DNA from: Hyphomonadaceae bacterium
Lineage (GTDB): Bacteria > Pseudomonadota > Alphaproteobacteria > Caulobacterales > Maricaulaceae
Direction of reading: 5' to 3'
Length of the DNA stretch: 64,000 nt
Assembly (NCBI GenBank): GCA_014324115.1
Contig: JACOMS010000005.1
Coordinates: 2,692 to 66,691, forward strand
Positions 39,639-48,825 of the stretch are shown here, piece by piece. The stretch's first letter is position 1. Each line of letters starts with the position of its first letter. The notes below the pieces were generated by a model, which saw nothing but the letters and a program-made list of their open reading frames with translations, was not told where the DNA came from and made no database searches. Made by a program: the position numbers and the translations under genes.

Positions 39639-40702
39639 TGGCCCGCCTGCATATTAAATTCATTGCCAGGGTTGCTGCGGATCAGGACGCGGCGCTCTGG
39701 CTTTCTCTTTTCCCGGGGCGTGATCCGGTTATCGGGGAGTGTGAGTTTACGTTCGATATGGACGCGCGGGCGTACGACTGGCTTGTTGTCTATGAAGGCC
39801 TGCCGTTTCCGGGAGGCGACAAAAAATCAAGCCGGATTGAGCCGCTGGCCTGCGCGCGCGAGAATACACTTTTCATCACAACAGAGCCGTCGTCCGTTAA
39901 AATCTACGGTCCGCAATTTCTGCGTCAGTTCGGACACGTGCTAAGTGTGCAACCCAAACACATTATCAATCACCCGAATCATATTTTTCACACACCACCC
40001 TTGCGCTGGTATCACGGTCGCCCCATGGATGCGAGCGCAGGACCAGGCCGCAATGTTGCCGGGTATTACACCGACATTGACGAATATATGGCCACACCGC
40101 CACCTCGAAAAACAAAAGACCTGTCCATCGTGTGCTCATCCAAACAAATGTCGCCCGCGTTCAGGGCACGTTACCGGTTCACAGAACATCTGAAATCTGT
40201 TCTGGGGGATCGCCTCGAATGGTTTGGATGGGGCGTACGCGCGATGCACGACAAAGCCGAGGCGATGGATGCCTATCGCTATCACATCGCCATCGAAAAC
40301 CATCTTGAGCCGCATCACTGGACCGAAAAAATAACGGACAGCTATCTGGCCTATTGCCTGCCCTTCTACCACGGTGCGCCAAACCTGTCGGACTATTTCC
40401 CCAGGGACAGTTTTATTGCCATAGACATATTCGACATTGCAACATCCACGAAAATCATTCTTGAAGCCATGGAAAGCAGCGAAAACGAAAAACGGGCGGA
40501 TGCGGTTAAGGAAGCCCGAAAACTCACCTTGACAAAACACAATCTGATGAATGTCGTCAGCAAAATTGTATTTGAGAATCACCGGGCAGAACCGGCATCC
40601 GGGCGAGATAACATTTATGACCGGCATGTTTTCCGGCAAAAAAATCCCCTTGCCACCGTCAGAGACATGGCCCATCGCGCCAGGTACAAACTGCTTGCAT
40701 AG
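39638..40702 (+). CDS. glycosyltransferase family 10 (fucosyltransferase-like) protein
   Basis: 354 aa. The C-terminal motif YHIAIENHLEPHHWTEKITDSYLAYCLPFYHG resembles the GT10 signature (FENS..DY.TEK). The GTG start overlaps the peptidase TAG (TAGTG). Confidence 0.65.
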   Translation: MARLHIKFIARVAADQDAALWLSLFPGRDPVIGECEFTFDMDARAYDWLVVYEGLPFPGGDKKSSRIEPLACARENTLFITTEPSSVKIYGPQFLRQFGHVLSVQPKHIINHPNHIFHTPPLRWYHGRPMDASAGPGRNVAGYYTDIDEYMATPPPRKTKDLSIVCSSKQMSPAFRARYRFTEHLKSVLGDRLEWFGWGVRAMHDKAEAMDAYRYHIAIENHLEPHHWTEKITDSYLAYCLPFYHGAPNLSDYFPRDSFIAIDIFDIATSTKIILEAMESSENEKRADAVKEARKLTLTKHNLMNVVSKIVFENHRAEPASGRDNIYDRHVFRQKNPLATVRDMAHRARYKLLA

Positions 40703-40732
40703 CGCCGTGGAAAATAAGCAGGTGCCATAACC

Positions 40733-42145
40733 ATGCGGCCCGGCTATAATGTTCCCATGTCAGCCGGTCTCGACACACTTAAATCCGCCCTGCCCCGTGA
40801 AAGCTGGACAGAAGACACCGGGGTCATTGCACCGTACCTGGTGGAGTGGCGGGATAAATACTTTGGCAAAACACCGCTTATGCTCATGCCCGCAGACACG
40901 GGAGAGGTACAAACCGCCGTCAAAATATGTTCCGACCATGATATTAAAATTGTGCCACAGGGCGGAAACACCGGACTGGTTGGAGGACAGATACCCCGGA
41001 ATGAAGTGCTTTTGTTGACGAAACACCTTGACAAAATCCGTTCAGTAAATCCCGCAACACATGCCCTCATCGCCGAGGCCGGCGTGACATTACTCGCTGT
41101 TCAGGAAGCCGCAAAAGCTGCGGGGCGCAAATTCCCGCTCTCCCTAGCCTCCGAGGGCTCCTGCACTATCGGTGGTAATCTTTCAACAAATGCCGGCGGC
41201 ATGCACGTATTGAAATACGGCACGGCTAAGGATCTTGTGTTCGGTGTCGAGGCGGTTCTGCCGAATGGAGACATTTTCAATGGACTCACAGACCTGCGCA
41301 AGGACAATACGGGTTACGATCTTTCACGGCTGTTTCTGGGAGCCGAAGGTACGCTGGGCATCATCACAGCCGCCAGTCTCAAACTCTTTCCACAGCCCTT
41401 ACAAATTCAGCGGGTCATGGTGGGTATAACCGGTATCGCTGACGCCCTCGCCTTGCTGGATCGCTGTCGGGTCGGCGAGGCTCTGGCCATGTTCGAGGTC
41501 ATGCCGCGCAAAGGCATCGAACTGGTAATACAACATATCCCCGGTATGCGAGACCCGTTTACGGATGCTCACCCCTGGTACGCCCTCATTGATTGGGAAG
41601 TCGGAGACAGTGATATGGGGTTGTCAATCGCCGAATCAGTTATTGGCGCCGCGCTTCAGGAGGGTTTGGTCAATGATGCCGTCATTGCACAATCGGAAAC
41701 ACAGGCGTCTAACCTGCTGATGCTCCGCGAACATATGTCAGCGGCACAAAAACCCTACGGCGCGTCCATCAAATTCGATATCACCATTCCGATTGATCGC
41801 ATCCCGGACTTCATGGATGTGGCCTATGGAGCGGTACAAAAAACTGTCCCCGGATGTGAACCGTTTGCCTTTGGTCACCTTGGCGACGGCAATATTCATT
41901 ATGATGTCTTTCAGCCCGAAAACATGGATAAAGACGCTTATCTCGAACATTGGCCAGACATGTCCGAAGCGGTATTTGACGTAGTCGACTGCTTTGACGG
42001 TTCGATCTCGGCCGAACACGGCATCGGGGTCATGAAAAAAGATGATCTGGCCAAGCGGGCTGATCCGATCAAAATCACCATGTTGCGAGCCATCAAAAAA
42101 ACGTTTGATCCCAAAAACATTATGAATCCAAGGGTCCTTGTTTGA
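40733..42145 (+). CDS. FAD-linked oxidase (GlcD / D-2-hydroxyacid dehydrogenase-like)
   Basis: 470 aa with an FAD-binding PCMH-type N-terminal domain (PQGGNTGLVGGQIP) and a C-terminal SAEHGIG motif. Confidence 0.88.
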   Translation: MRPGYNVPMSAGLDTLKSALPRESWTEDTGVIAPYLVEWRDKYFGKTPLMLMPADTGEVQTAVKICSDHDIKIVPQGGNTGLVGGQIPRNEVLLLTKHLDKIRSVNPATHALIAEAGVTLLAVQEAAKAAGRKFPLSLASEGSCTIGGNLSTNAGGMHVLKYGTAKDLVFGVEAVLPNGDIFNGLTDLRKDNTGYDLSRLFLGAEGTLGIITAASLKLFPQPLQIQRVMVGITGIADALALLDRCRVGEALAMFEVMPRKGIELVIQHIPGMRDPFTDAHPWYALIDWEVGDSDMGLSIAESVIGAALQEGLVNDAVIAQSETQASNLLMLREHMSAAQKPYGASIKFDITIPIDRIPDFMDVAYGAVQKTVPGCEPFAFGHLGDGNIHYDVFQPENMDKDAYLEHWPDMSEAVFDVVDCFDGSISAEHGIGVMKKDDLAKRADPIKITMLRAIKKTFDPKNIMNPRVLV

Positions 42146-42227
42146 TGCTTTCTATTGGATAAGTTTTGACCCGATTCAGAATTCAGGTCATAACGAAGCC
42201 ATGGAGTTAATCATGGGGGAGTTAATC

Positions 42228-42596
42228 ATGAGTATGGACATTTCAAATCGCCCTTTCAAATCTTTTGCCGAGTTTTACCCCTATTACCTGTCCGAGCATT
42301 GGCAGCCTGCCTGTCGCGTGATGCATTATGTCGGCACGGCGTTCACCTTTGTATTCCTTATACTGGGCATTTTCGTGAGTCTATTATTCTGGCTCTGTAT
42401 TCCGTTGGTCGGATACGGCTTTGCGTGGATATCACATGCCTTCATAGAGAAGAACAGGCCCGCCACATTCACCTATCCGCTCTGGTCGCTTGTCGGCGAT
42501 TACAAAATGTTCTTTTCTGCGCTTACGGGAAAACTTCCGGCACAACTTGGAGAAGCCGAAAAATATGTGACAACGTCGGAATCGGCGGCAGCCTAG
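42228..42596 (+). CDS. DUF962 (Mpo1-like) membrane protein
   Basis: It reads FAEFYPYYLSEHWQPACRVMHYVGT...GYGFAWISHAFIEKNRPATFTYPLWS. The start is ambiguous among in-frame ATGs at 42201, 42213 and 42228 because of a duplicated SD-ATG unit. Confidence 0.8.
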   Translation: MSMDISNRPFKSFAEFYPYYLSEHWQPACRVMHYVGTAFTFVFLILGIFVSLLFWLCIPLVGYGFAWISHAFIEKNRPATFTYPLWSLVGDYKMFFSALTGKLPAQLGEAEKYVTTSESAAA

Positions 42597-42649
42597 CTGC
42601 TCCATCTTTTCCGACACGATCCGCCATGAGTGAGGGACGTTACAAGAAA

Positions 42650-43588
42650 CAAACATGCGGATCAGACTTCATGGTTTGACATGTTTTCCTGTAGCGTCCG
42701 CCTCCCGGGCTTCCGTGTGATCCAAAACGACAGGGCCGCGCAACAGGGATCACAGGTTTCCAGGCTGCATGTCCGGCGCTGCCACCAAGCGTCGGAAACG
42801 CACCTTACATCGTTTTCAGGCGTAAAGAGGGTCGGCCTCCGCGCCCGGCCTGTGTGGATACAACGATATGATCCACGTCGTTACGACCGAAGACCGTAAC
42901 GCCCGGCTTGATGACAAGCGCAACTTCGTCGCCGCCTGCTGCCATCCCGCCGACCCCGACACCAACACGACTCGGCAAGGGCGCACAGATTATCGCGGGT
43001 CAGGGGAGCTTCCCCGGTCACAGTCCCGCTGGTATTACGGAAGTCGGGGGGAACAGGCGCGTTCTCCGTCAACGTCATAACCGGCATCCCCGGTCCCCTC
43101 CGGGCACACCGGCGGCAGCAGCAGGTCCCGCGTCCAGCCCGCCGTCCAGTTATCAGCCTGTGTTTCCCGCTGACCGAAAGCACCGGCATAGTCGCTTTCA
43201 AGCGGCACGATACCCCGTTCTGTCGGCCCCGGAAGGAAGCCGTCAAGAGTATTGGAGTCTATAAAATTGTTGGCCCCATTGCCACCCACTTCATCGGCAA
43301 CGAGTCGACCTGCGGCCGGATCATCACCGTTTGCTGTATCTGTTGTCATCAGATTCGGGCAGTCAAACAACACAGACTGGATATACGCATCACCTCTGAC
43401 CATATAGCCCAGAACACCATCACCGGCAGTTGCTTCATAGTCAAGACAGGTACTGCTCCCCCTCGTGTTATTTTCAGCCAGCAGGGTGAATTGGAAAACC
43501 GAGGGCGGGCGGCGCCAGACCGACAACCGATGCCAGAACAAGCCCCTTCGGCACGATGCTTTTTAGCAAGATATTGAGAAGGTTTCAT
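42650..43588 (-). pseudogene. multiply frameshifted gene for a secreted protein or lipoprotein with a beta-helix-like C-terminal region
   Basis: An ATG at 43588 follows a GAGAGGAAG SD. The coding sense hops between all three minus frames: MKPSQYLAKKHRAEG / LVLASVVGLAPPALG / FQFTLLAENN...VCPEGTGDAGYDVDGER / DFRNTSGTVTGEAPLTRDN / GVGVGGMAAGGDEVALVIKPGVTVFGRNDVDHIVVS... The boundaries are approximate. Confidence 0.5.
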
Positions 43589-43862
43589 GGATCTTCCTCT
43601 CATCTAAAACAACGTCAACCGCACACCCACGGGAACAGAACAAAAATCCGTTCTCGCGACCCTATCCGACCCCGCCGATAACATTACGTTCTGGACATTC
43701 TGGACGCAACATCGCGAGATGTCGTAACACTAGGAAAGACATTCGCAAGAGACATAGGATTGTCATCACAAAAAGGCGTATACGGAAAATACGTGCAGGC
43801 GTTCCCGTCCCGGGCACCCCATTCCGCACCGGTGAAGTCGTCGGCATATTTGATCCCTGTCC

Positions 43863-43949
43863 GGGTGGGTAAAGGAGCGGTTGAAAGCACCGGTCTTGAA
43901 GATCGGCACTGGTGCGAACCTGTCCGGGGTTCGAATCTCTTCCTATCCA
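43863..43949 (+). tRNA. tRNA-Ser(UGA)-like sequence, probably degenerate
   Basis: Hand fold: acceptor GGGTGGG/CCTATCC (7 bp, 2 G-U), U8, anticodon arm CCGGT-CTTGAAG-ATCGG (anticodon TGA), an 18-nt variable arm, and T arm CGGGG-TTCGAAT-CTCTT (4/5 pairs, 2 G-U). The D stem (AAG/AGC) cannot pair and no CCA is encoded. The G-U pairs are valid only on the plus strand. Confidence 0.4.
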
Positions 43950-43962
43950 CAGGTTTTCTGCT

Positions 43963-44571
43963 TTAGCTATTCCTCTTGATGAAGGCTTCCCAGCGAACTT
44001 TCAAAGATTTTATCCGTGTCAGTGCATCTTCCAAATCCCTCAAATTTGCAGACTTCCCTTGAAGTTCAGATTTGTGTGCGTTACTCCGCGACGCGGACAG
44101 GATGCGGTCGCGGGAGCCCGCACGCCCGGGTACATGCTGAGGGATTACAGTTTCTGACTCACTGGCCTTTCCCGTTGGCCCCGCACTCGTGTCGTTTTTA
44201 GTCTTCCGGCTATTTTGCATATCCGTACTCTGAATGCGTTCCGGTATCAGAACAGTGTCTTTAATGTCCCTAGGTTGGGCGGCCTGTTCCACGGACCGGC
44301 CCAGATCAACGACACCTGCTGCCCCTTTCCGGCGGATGAGTGTCTGCGCATCCCTGATGGAATGTTTCTCTTCATGCAGTAAAACTTTGATACCGCGAAG
44401 AAATTCGATATCTTCCGGGCGGTAGAAGCGTCGTCCTCCGCCACGTTTGATGGGCTTGATGTTCGGAAATTTTGACTCCCAAAAGCGCAAAACATGCGGT
44501 TGCAACCCCAGTTCTTCGCCGGCTTCGCCGATGGTCCTGAACGCCCGGGTGGTTTTTGATTGCATTATCAT
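43963..44571 (-). CDS. MerR-family transcriptional regulator
   Basis: 202 aa with the N-terminal [28 protein letters not shown]...RRFYRPEDI. It follows ihfA, as in many alphaproteobacteria. Confidence 0.88.
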   Translation of the reverse strand: MIMQSKTTRAFRTIGEAGEELGLQPHVLRFWESKFPNIKPIKRGGGRRFYRPEDIEFLRGIKVLLHEEKHSIRDAQTLIRRKGAAGVVDLGRSVEQAAQPRDIKDTVLIPERIQSTDMQNSRKTKNDTSAGPTGKASESETVIPQHVPGRAGSRDRILSASRSNAHKSELQGKSANLRDLEDALTRIKSLKVRWEAFIKRNS

Positions 44572-44594
44572 TTCCCCGACAGAGACTCGCGGAT

Positions 44595-44900
44595 TTAGTC
44601 TGCGGTCAAGGCTGAGTTGACACGTTCTTTCATGATTCGAGAGGGGTTGAAGGTAAGGACGCGTCGCGGACTGATGGGGACAGATTCTCCCGTTTTCGGA
44701 TTACGGCCAATGCGCTCTTTCTTGTCGCTCAGGCTGAACGTACCAAACCCGGCAAGTTTGACATTTTCGCCTCGCAGAAGCGAACCGGTAATGTGATCAA
44801 TAACGGACTCAACAAGTTGTGCGCTTTCGGTACGGGACAAACCGATTTCCCTGTAGACAGCCTGCGCCAAATCTGCACGAGTCACTGTGCCTGTGCTCAT
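44595..44900 (-). CDS. ihfA: integration host factor subunit alpha
   Basis: The start is at [16 protein letters not shown]. The IHF/HU fold motif [20 protein letters not shown] is present. Confidence 0.93.
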   Translation of the reverse strand: MSTGTVTRADLAQAVYREIGLSRTESAQLVESVIDHITGSLLRGENVKLAGFGTFSLSDKKERIGRNPKTGESVPISPRRVLTFNPSRIMKERVNSALTAD

Positions 44901-44990
44901 ATAAGGTCCCTCTTTGCAGAAGCTGTATATAAGTCGAAAATTCAAGGACGGTGCAAGAAAAATCTCTTAAAATCAAGAGTTTTACGTTGT

Positions 44991-45956
44991 TCAGTAACGC
45001 ACGAGCGATGCGCCCCAGGTGAATCCTCCACCGAAGGCTTCCATCATGACAAGATCACCCTTCCTGATCCGGCCATCCTTGACGGCTGTATAAAACGCCA
45101 ACGGGACGGAGGCAGCAGAGGTATTGGCATGTTCAGCGACAGTTGAAACAACCTGTTGCGTACGGATTTTAAGCTTTCTGGCTACCCCGTCGAGAATACG
45201 CTGATTGGCTTGGTGCGGCACGAACCAGTCAATATCGGCAATGCTCAATCCTGCACGTTTAGCGCATAATTCCATGGCCCGGGCAATATCTTTGACAGCG
45301 TAACGAAAAACCTGATTGCCGATCATACGCACGTGGCCTACTGTTCCTGTCGTTGATGGACCGCCATCAACATGTAACAGGTCCTTGTGTCGACCATCCG
45401 AGCGGATGAAGCTGCTCAAAATACCCTGATCTGTATCCGCCTTGCCTGAAAGCACCATGGCTCCTGCCCCATCGCCGAACAGGATGCACGTTGTCCGGTC
45501 CTCCCAGTCCAGAATACGCGAGAATGTTTCGGCGCCGATGACCAAGGCCCGTTTTGATGCCCCGGTAATTACCATATTTTTGACGACTTTGAGCGCATAG
45601 ATAAAACCACTGCAGACAGCCTGAATATCGAATGCCGCGCCGTGATACACGCCAAGACGATTCTGTATGATGGTGGCCGTGGCGGGGAAGGTATAATCCG
45701 GCGTCGTGGTCGCAACGACAATCAAGTCGATGTCATTCGGTGACAATCCTGCATTATCAAGCGCCTCTCTGGCGGCACGTTCCCCAAGGTGTGATGTATA
45801 TTCAGTTTCCGTTGCGATGTGCCGTTGCCGGATTCCGGTGCGTTCAACAATCCATTCATCGGATGTATCAACAAAGGCGGATATTTCGGCATTAGTCATA
45901 ACTCGATCCGGGAGACAGGCTCCGACACCGGATATGACAGCCCGAATTTCGCTCAT
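44991..45956 (-). CDS. fabH: beta-ketoacyl-ACP synthase III
   Basis: 321 aa with the active-site region [15 protein letters not shown] and C-terminal GGGFTWGA. Confidence 0.94.
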   Translation of the reverse strand: MSEIRAVISGVGACLPDRVMTNAEISAFVDTSDEWIVERTGIRQRHIATETEYTSHLGERAAREALDNAGLSPNDIDLIVVATTTPDYTFPATATIIQNRLGVYHGAAFDIQAVCSGFIYALKVVKNMVITGASKRALVIGAETFSRILDWEDRTTCILFGDGAGAMVLSGKADTDQGILSSFIRSDGRHKDLLHVDGGPSTTGTVGHVRMIGNQVFRYAVKDIARAMELCAKRAGLSIADIDWFVPHQANQRILDGVARKLKIRTQQVVSTVAEHANTSAASVPLAFYTAVKDGRIRKGDLVMMEAFGGGFTWGASLVRY

Positions 45957-47023
45957 CCCAAAAATCCCGTATCGTCATCTTCATTGTGAAGCACCATGAG
46001 GGTTTTTTCCATGTCTTCAAGCATGGAACTACGCGCCAGTTTAACTGCAATTGAAACGGCATTGGCAAAACCGACAGAGTCTGTGCCGCCGTGGCTTTTG
46101 ATAATTATGCCGTTCAGCCCCAGGAAAACGCCGCCATTCATTTTGCGCGGGTCCATCATCTCTTTCAGCCGTCTGAACCTGATATAATTCAGAAACGCCG
46201 TAAAGCGTGACCAGAGCGTCGACTGCAGGGTCTCCCTAAACAAAATTCCGATATGCCGGGCTGTGCCCTCAGCAGTCTTGACAGCAATGTTACCGGTAAA
46301 TCCGTCCGTGACGACCACATCTATGTCTCCGGAGGATATGCAGTTACCTTCGACAAATCCGACATAGTTCAGACCGATCTCGCTTTCGCTCAAACGCTTG
46401 TGGGCCTCCTGGACGGTTTTGTTACCCTTGGTGCCCTCTGTCCCATTGTTGAGGATGGCAATGCGCGGTTTTTCGACCTGATAGAGGGAGCGGAAATAAG
46501 TATCTCCAAGCACGGCAAACTTCATCAGTTGCGCGGCAGTGCACGTTACATTGGCCCCGGCATCCAGGATCACGGACATGCCGGTTATGTTCGGCCAGAT
46601 AGCCGCAAGTGCCGGGCGCTGCATACCACCTTTCATACGCAGGATCATGCGCGACATGGCCATAAGTGCACCCGTGTTACCCGCAGATATACCCGCATCT
46701 GCCTCACCGTTTTTTACTGACTCGATGGCCCTCCACATGCTCATCTGCTGCCCGTGACGTAAGGCATGGGAAAGTTTGGTATCTATTGTGATGTGTTCAG
46801 AGCTATGTTTGATCTCTGCATGGGCCGCCGCCTGTTTCTGTTCCGAGAGCAGAGGCTGTAGTTCGGTTTCGTCCCCGTGCAGGAAAAATTTGACCTGATA
46901 TTTCCCCGGACTGTTATTCAGATAATACTCAACACCCTCGACGATCACGTTGGGTGCGTTATCCCCGCCCATGGCGTCAATAGATATTACCAGCGGTCTC
47001 ATCATCGGTGGAGTGTGTGCCAT
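45953..47023 (-). CDS. plsX: phosphate acyltransferase
   Basis: PlsX-like ([12 protein letters not shown]…). The start is set at the ATG at 47023 ([12 protein letters not shown]). The 73-codon upstream extension of the track ORF runs into IS debris and is rejected. Confidence 0.9.
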   Translation of the reverse strand: MAHTPPMMRPLVISIDAMGGDNAPNVIVEGVEYYLNNSPGKYQVKFFLHGDETELQPLLSEQKQAAAHAEIKHSSEHITIDTKLSHALRHGQQMSMWRAIESVKNGEADAGISAGNTGALMAMSRMILRMKGGMQRPALAAIWPNITGMSVILDAGANVTCTAAQLMKFAVLGDTYFRSLYQVEKPRIAILNNGTEGTKGNKTVQEAHKRLSESEIGLNYVGFVEGNCISSGDIDVVVTDGFTGNIAVKTAEGTARHIGILFRETLQSTLWSRFTAFLNYIRFRRLKEMMDPRKMNGGVFLGLNGIIIKSHGGTDSVGFANAVSIAVKLARSSMLEDMEKTLMVLHNEDDDTGFLG

Positions 47024-47222
47024 ATTTACGGCCCCTGGGGAATGCCTAATCCGGTAAGCGTTGAAATTTTTAGTGATATAAGACTGTTGCGAATTTATTC
47101 GGATTCGCCAAGACTTGGGGGTTATCGCCGTTTTCGGGCCCGGCGCGCGGGTGTCTGGTGCTGACGCGTGTACTTTCCGCTCTGACATTTGCGGTATCAG
47201 ACAATTTCGGACGGACTGCCCC

Positions 47223-47608
47223 TCACGCAGCCACCAGGTCAATGCGGTTGGCCGCCTTGAGCAGATTCATCGCCACTGCCTCGAAGGTCTGTTCCGCCTT
47301 GACTTTCTCCCGCGTGATGTAGCGGGCAAGCACCGCGCGGTTCGTCTCACTGGAACAGGCCTTGTCCGCCGGAACACGCACCGCCTTGCATCCCTTGAAC
47401 AGGTGCGTCAGATGGGGCGCTTCACCTGCGTTCGCGGGACGGACAGGCACAACCTCCACATGGCCCGCGCCATCGCTGCGCCAAAAAGCCCTTGTGGCCA
47501 AAGTATAATGTGTTACCCTTCTTCAACCACCGTCGCATGCTCCACTTTCAGCCCGTGCGCGCTCAACTGGCGGTTGACCTCACTCAAAACAGCCTCAACA
47601 CGCGCAAT
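47223..47608 (-). mobile_element. IS5-group transposase remnant (internally deleted, 5'-truncated)
   Basis: Fragment 47513-47608 reads IARVEAVLSEVNRQLSAHGLKVEHATVVEEG*. ORF 47223-47501 reads ...GHVEVVPVRPANAGEAPHLTHLFKGCKAVRVPADKACSSETNR...KAEQTFEAVAMNLLKAANRI. Together these resemble the IS5 InsH blocks (..L...GL.L..GT.VDAT.. / ..T.ANVHD....LL.GEE..V.AD.GY / ..KNTAQL..LFAL.NL), with the middle missing. Confidence 0.6.
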
Positions 47609-47627
47609 TTCGCAACAGTCTTGATAT

Positions 47628-48158
47628 TTATCTCAGGGCCGGATAGCTGAAATCAAGATTCGCGATCCGGCCAAGGGTCAGACCTTTCACATAATTCGTC
47701 AATTCGATGTGGTAGGCGGCAGCTGATTGTGCGAATCCGTCCGAAACCTGACTTTCCGGGGCGGCGCTTATCACGGCATTCAGCTCTTCAACCTGACCGG
47801 ATGCCCGATCATAGGTCTGTGCACGTGTGTAGAACAGACGTACGATCGGTTTTATACGTTTGGACACACCTGTATCGGTCAGGCTTTCCTCGCGTAAAGC
47901 GATATCGAAATCATCAACCATGGAATCAAACAGCCCCTGCGCCAGCCCCCTGCCGTTCTCGCCGAGGTTACGCAGATGCGCCAGAAAAATGCTCATATGC
48001 AGTGTGAGTACTTCAATCCGGCCTTCGTAGTTGTCGGCGAACCCGCCATCCCGATAAAATGTCCGCTGCCGCGATTGGGCGAGAATATTTAGATAAAGCT
48101 TTTCACCGCCACACCGGGCAGGTGATTCAAGGCCCAGAAGTCGAGAAAAAAAGCTCAA
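47628..48158 (-). CDS. ubiquinol-cytochrome c chaperone (CBP3-like) family protein
   Basis: 176 aa reading …FADNYEGRIEVLTLHMSIFLAHL…FDIALRE…, as expected for the Ubiq_cyt_C_chap family. Confidence 0.8.
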   Translation of the reverse strand: MSFFSRLLGLESPARCGGEKLYLNILAQSRQRTFYRDGGFADNYEGRIEVLTLHMSIFLAHLRNLGENGRGLAQGLFDSMVDDFDIALREESLTDTGVSKRIKPIVRLFYTRAQTYDRASGQVEELNAVISAAPESQVSDGFAQSAAAYHIELTNYVKGLTLGRIANLDFSYPALR

Positions 48159-48249
48159 TGAAAACTCCGTAAATTTTGCATAACAGGCTTGTCAGGTTAT
48201 GCCTGCTTGGCTACCACTGTGCCAGTTAGCATGAATGATGTGAGAGCCG

Positions 48250-48753
48250 TTGCGTTATTTTGTCAAAGTCTTGGCCATATCGGGCCTTGCTCTGTTTGTC
48301 CCGGCCTGTAACCCGATCCTCCGTACCCACGGCTATGTGCCGCTTGAAGACGCCAAGCCTCAGGCTGTAGCACCGGGTGCAGATACCAAAGCCACTGTCT
48401 TGGCCAGTCTTGGCAATCCGTCCGTCAAAGGTACATTCGATGAAAAGCTGGATACAGATACATGGTATTATGTAAACTCCGTACGGCGGCGCTTTGCCTA
48501 TCTGCGTCCCCTTACTGAGGAGCGGACAATTACAGCGATTTCTTTTAACGAGGACGGCGCGGTCACCAAAGTTGCCGAATACGGCATAGAAGACGGGCAA
48601 TATGTTGACTATGTCAACCGGAAAACCCCTACCCGCGGCCGCGAGTTGTCAGTGCTTGAGCAAATTTTCGGTACGATAGGCGCCATCCCGACAGATCGTC
48701 TGGCGGGTCAACGGGATGTCCCCGGGGGAGGTGGTGGACCCGGAGGCCGTTAA
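48250..48753 (+). CDS. bamE: outer membrane protein assembly factor BamE (SmpA/OmlA)
   Basis: It has the lipobox LFVPAC and a BamE-like core (VLASLGNPSVKGTFDE…WYYV), followed by a Gly/Pro-rich tail. Confidence 0.85.
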   Translation: MRYFVKVLAISGLALFVPACNPILRTHGYVPLEDAKPQAVAPGADTKATVLASLGNPSVKGTFDEKLDTDTWYYVNSVRRRFAYLRPLTEERTITAISFNEDGAVTKVAEYGIEDGQYVDYVNRKTPTRGRELSVLEQIFGTIGAIPTDRLAGQRDVPGGGGGPGGR

Positions 48754-48825
48754 ACCGACAGGCGGATCTGTAACAAAACCACGGCCCGGTTTGCGCAGCT
48801 GGGTTTCCTGTGGAAGCCAAAATGT

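Noticed and set aside
42868-43264. Several GC-rich overlapping ORFs on both strands (42868-43080 +, 42881-43246 -, 42908-43264 +)
   Set aside because: They are best explained as frame fragments and antisense shadows of the single frameshifted pseudogene at 42650-43588.
43684-43950. 88-aa minus-strand ORF overlapping the tRNA-like sequence
   Set aside because: It runs antisense through the tRNA-Ser-like element, and has no SD and no protein-like features.
47024-47222. Search for rpmF (L32) or a DUF177 gene upstream of plsX
   Set aside because: No frame on the minus strand gives an MAVPKRKTS-like or DUF177-like peptide. Only basic, low-complexity readings were found.
47024-47242. 73-codon N-terminal extension of the plsX track ORF
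   Set aside because: It reads through IS debris (MTWWLREGQSVRNCLIPQMSERKVHASAP…) and has no similarity to PlsX. The internal ATG at 47023 precedes the conserved ISIDAMGGD region.
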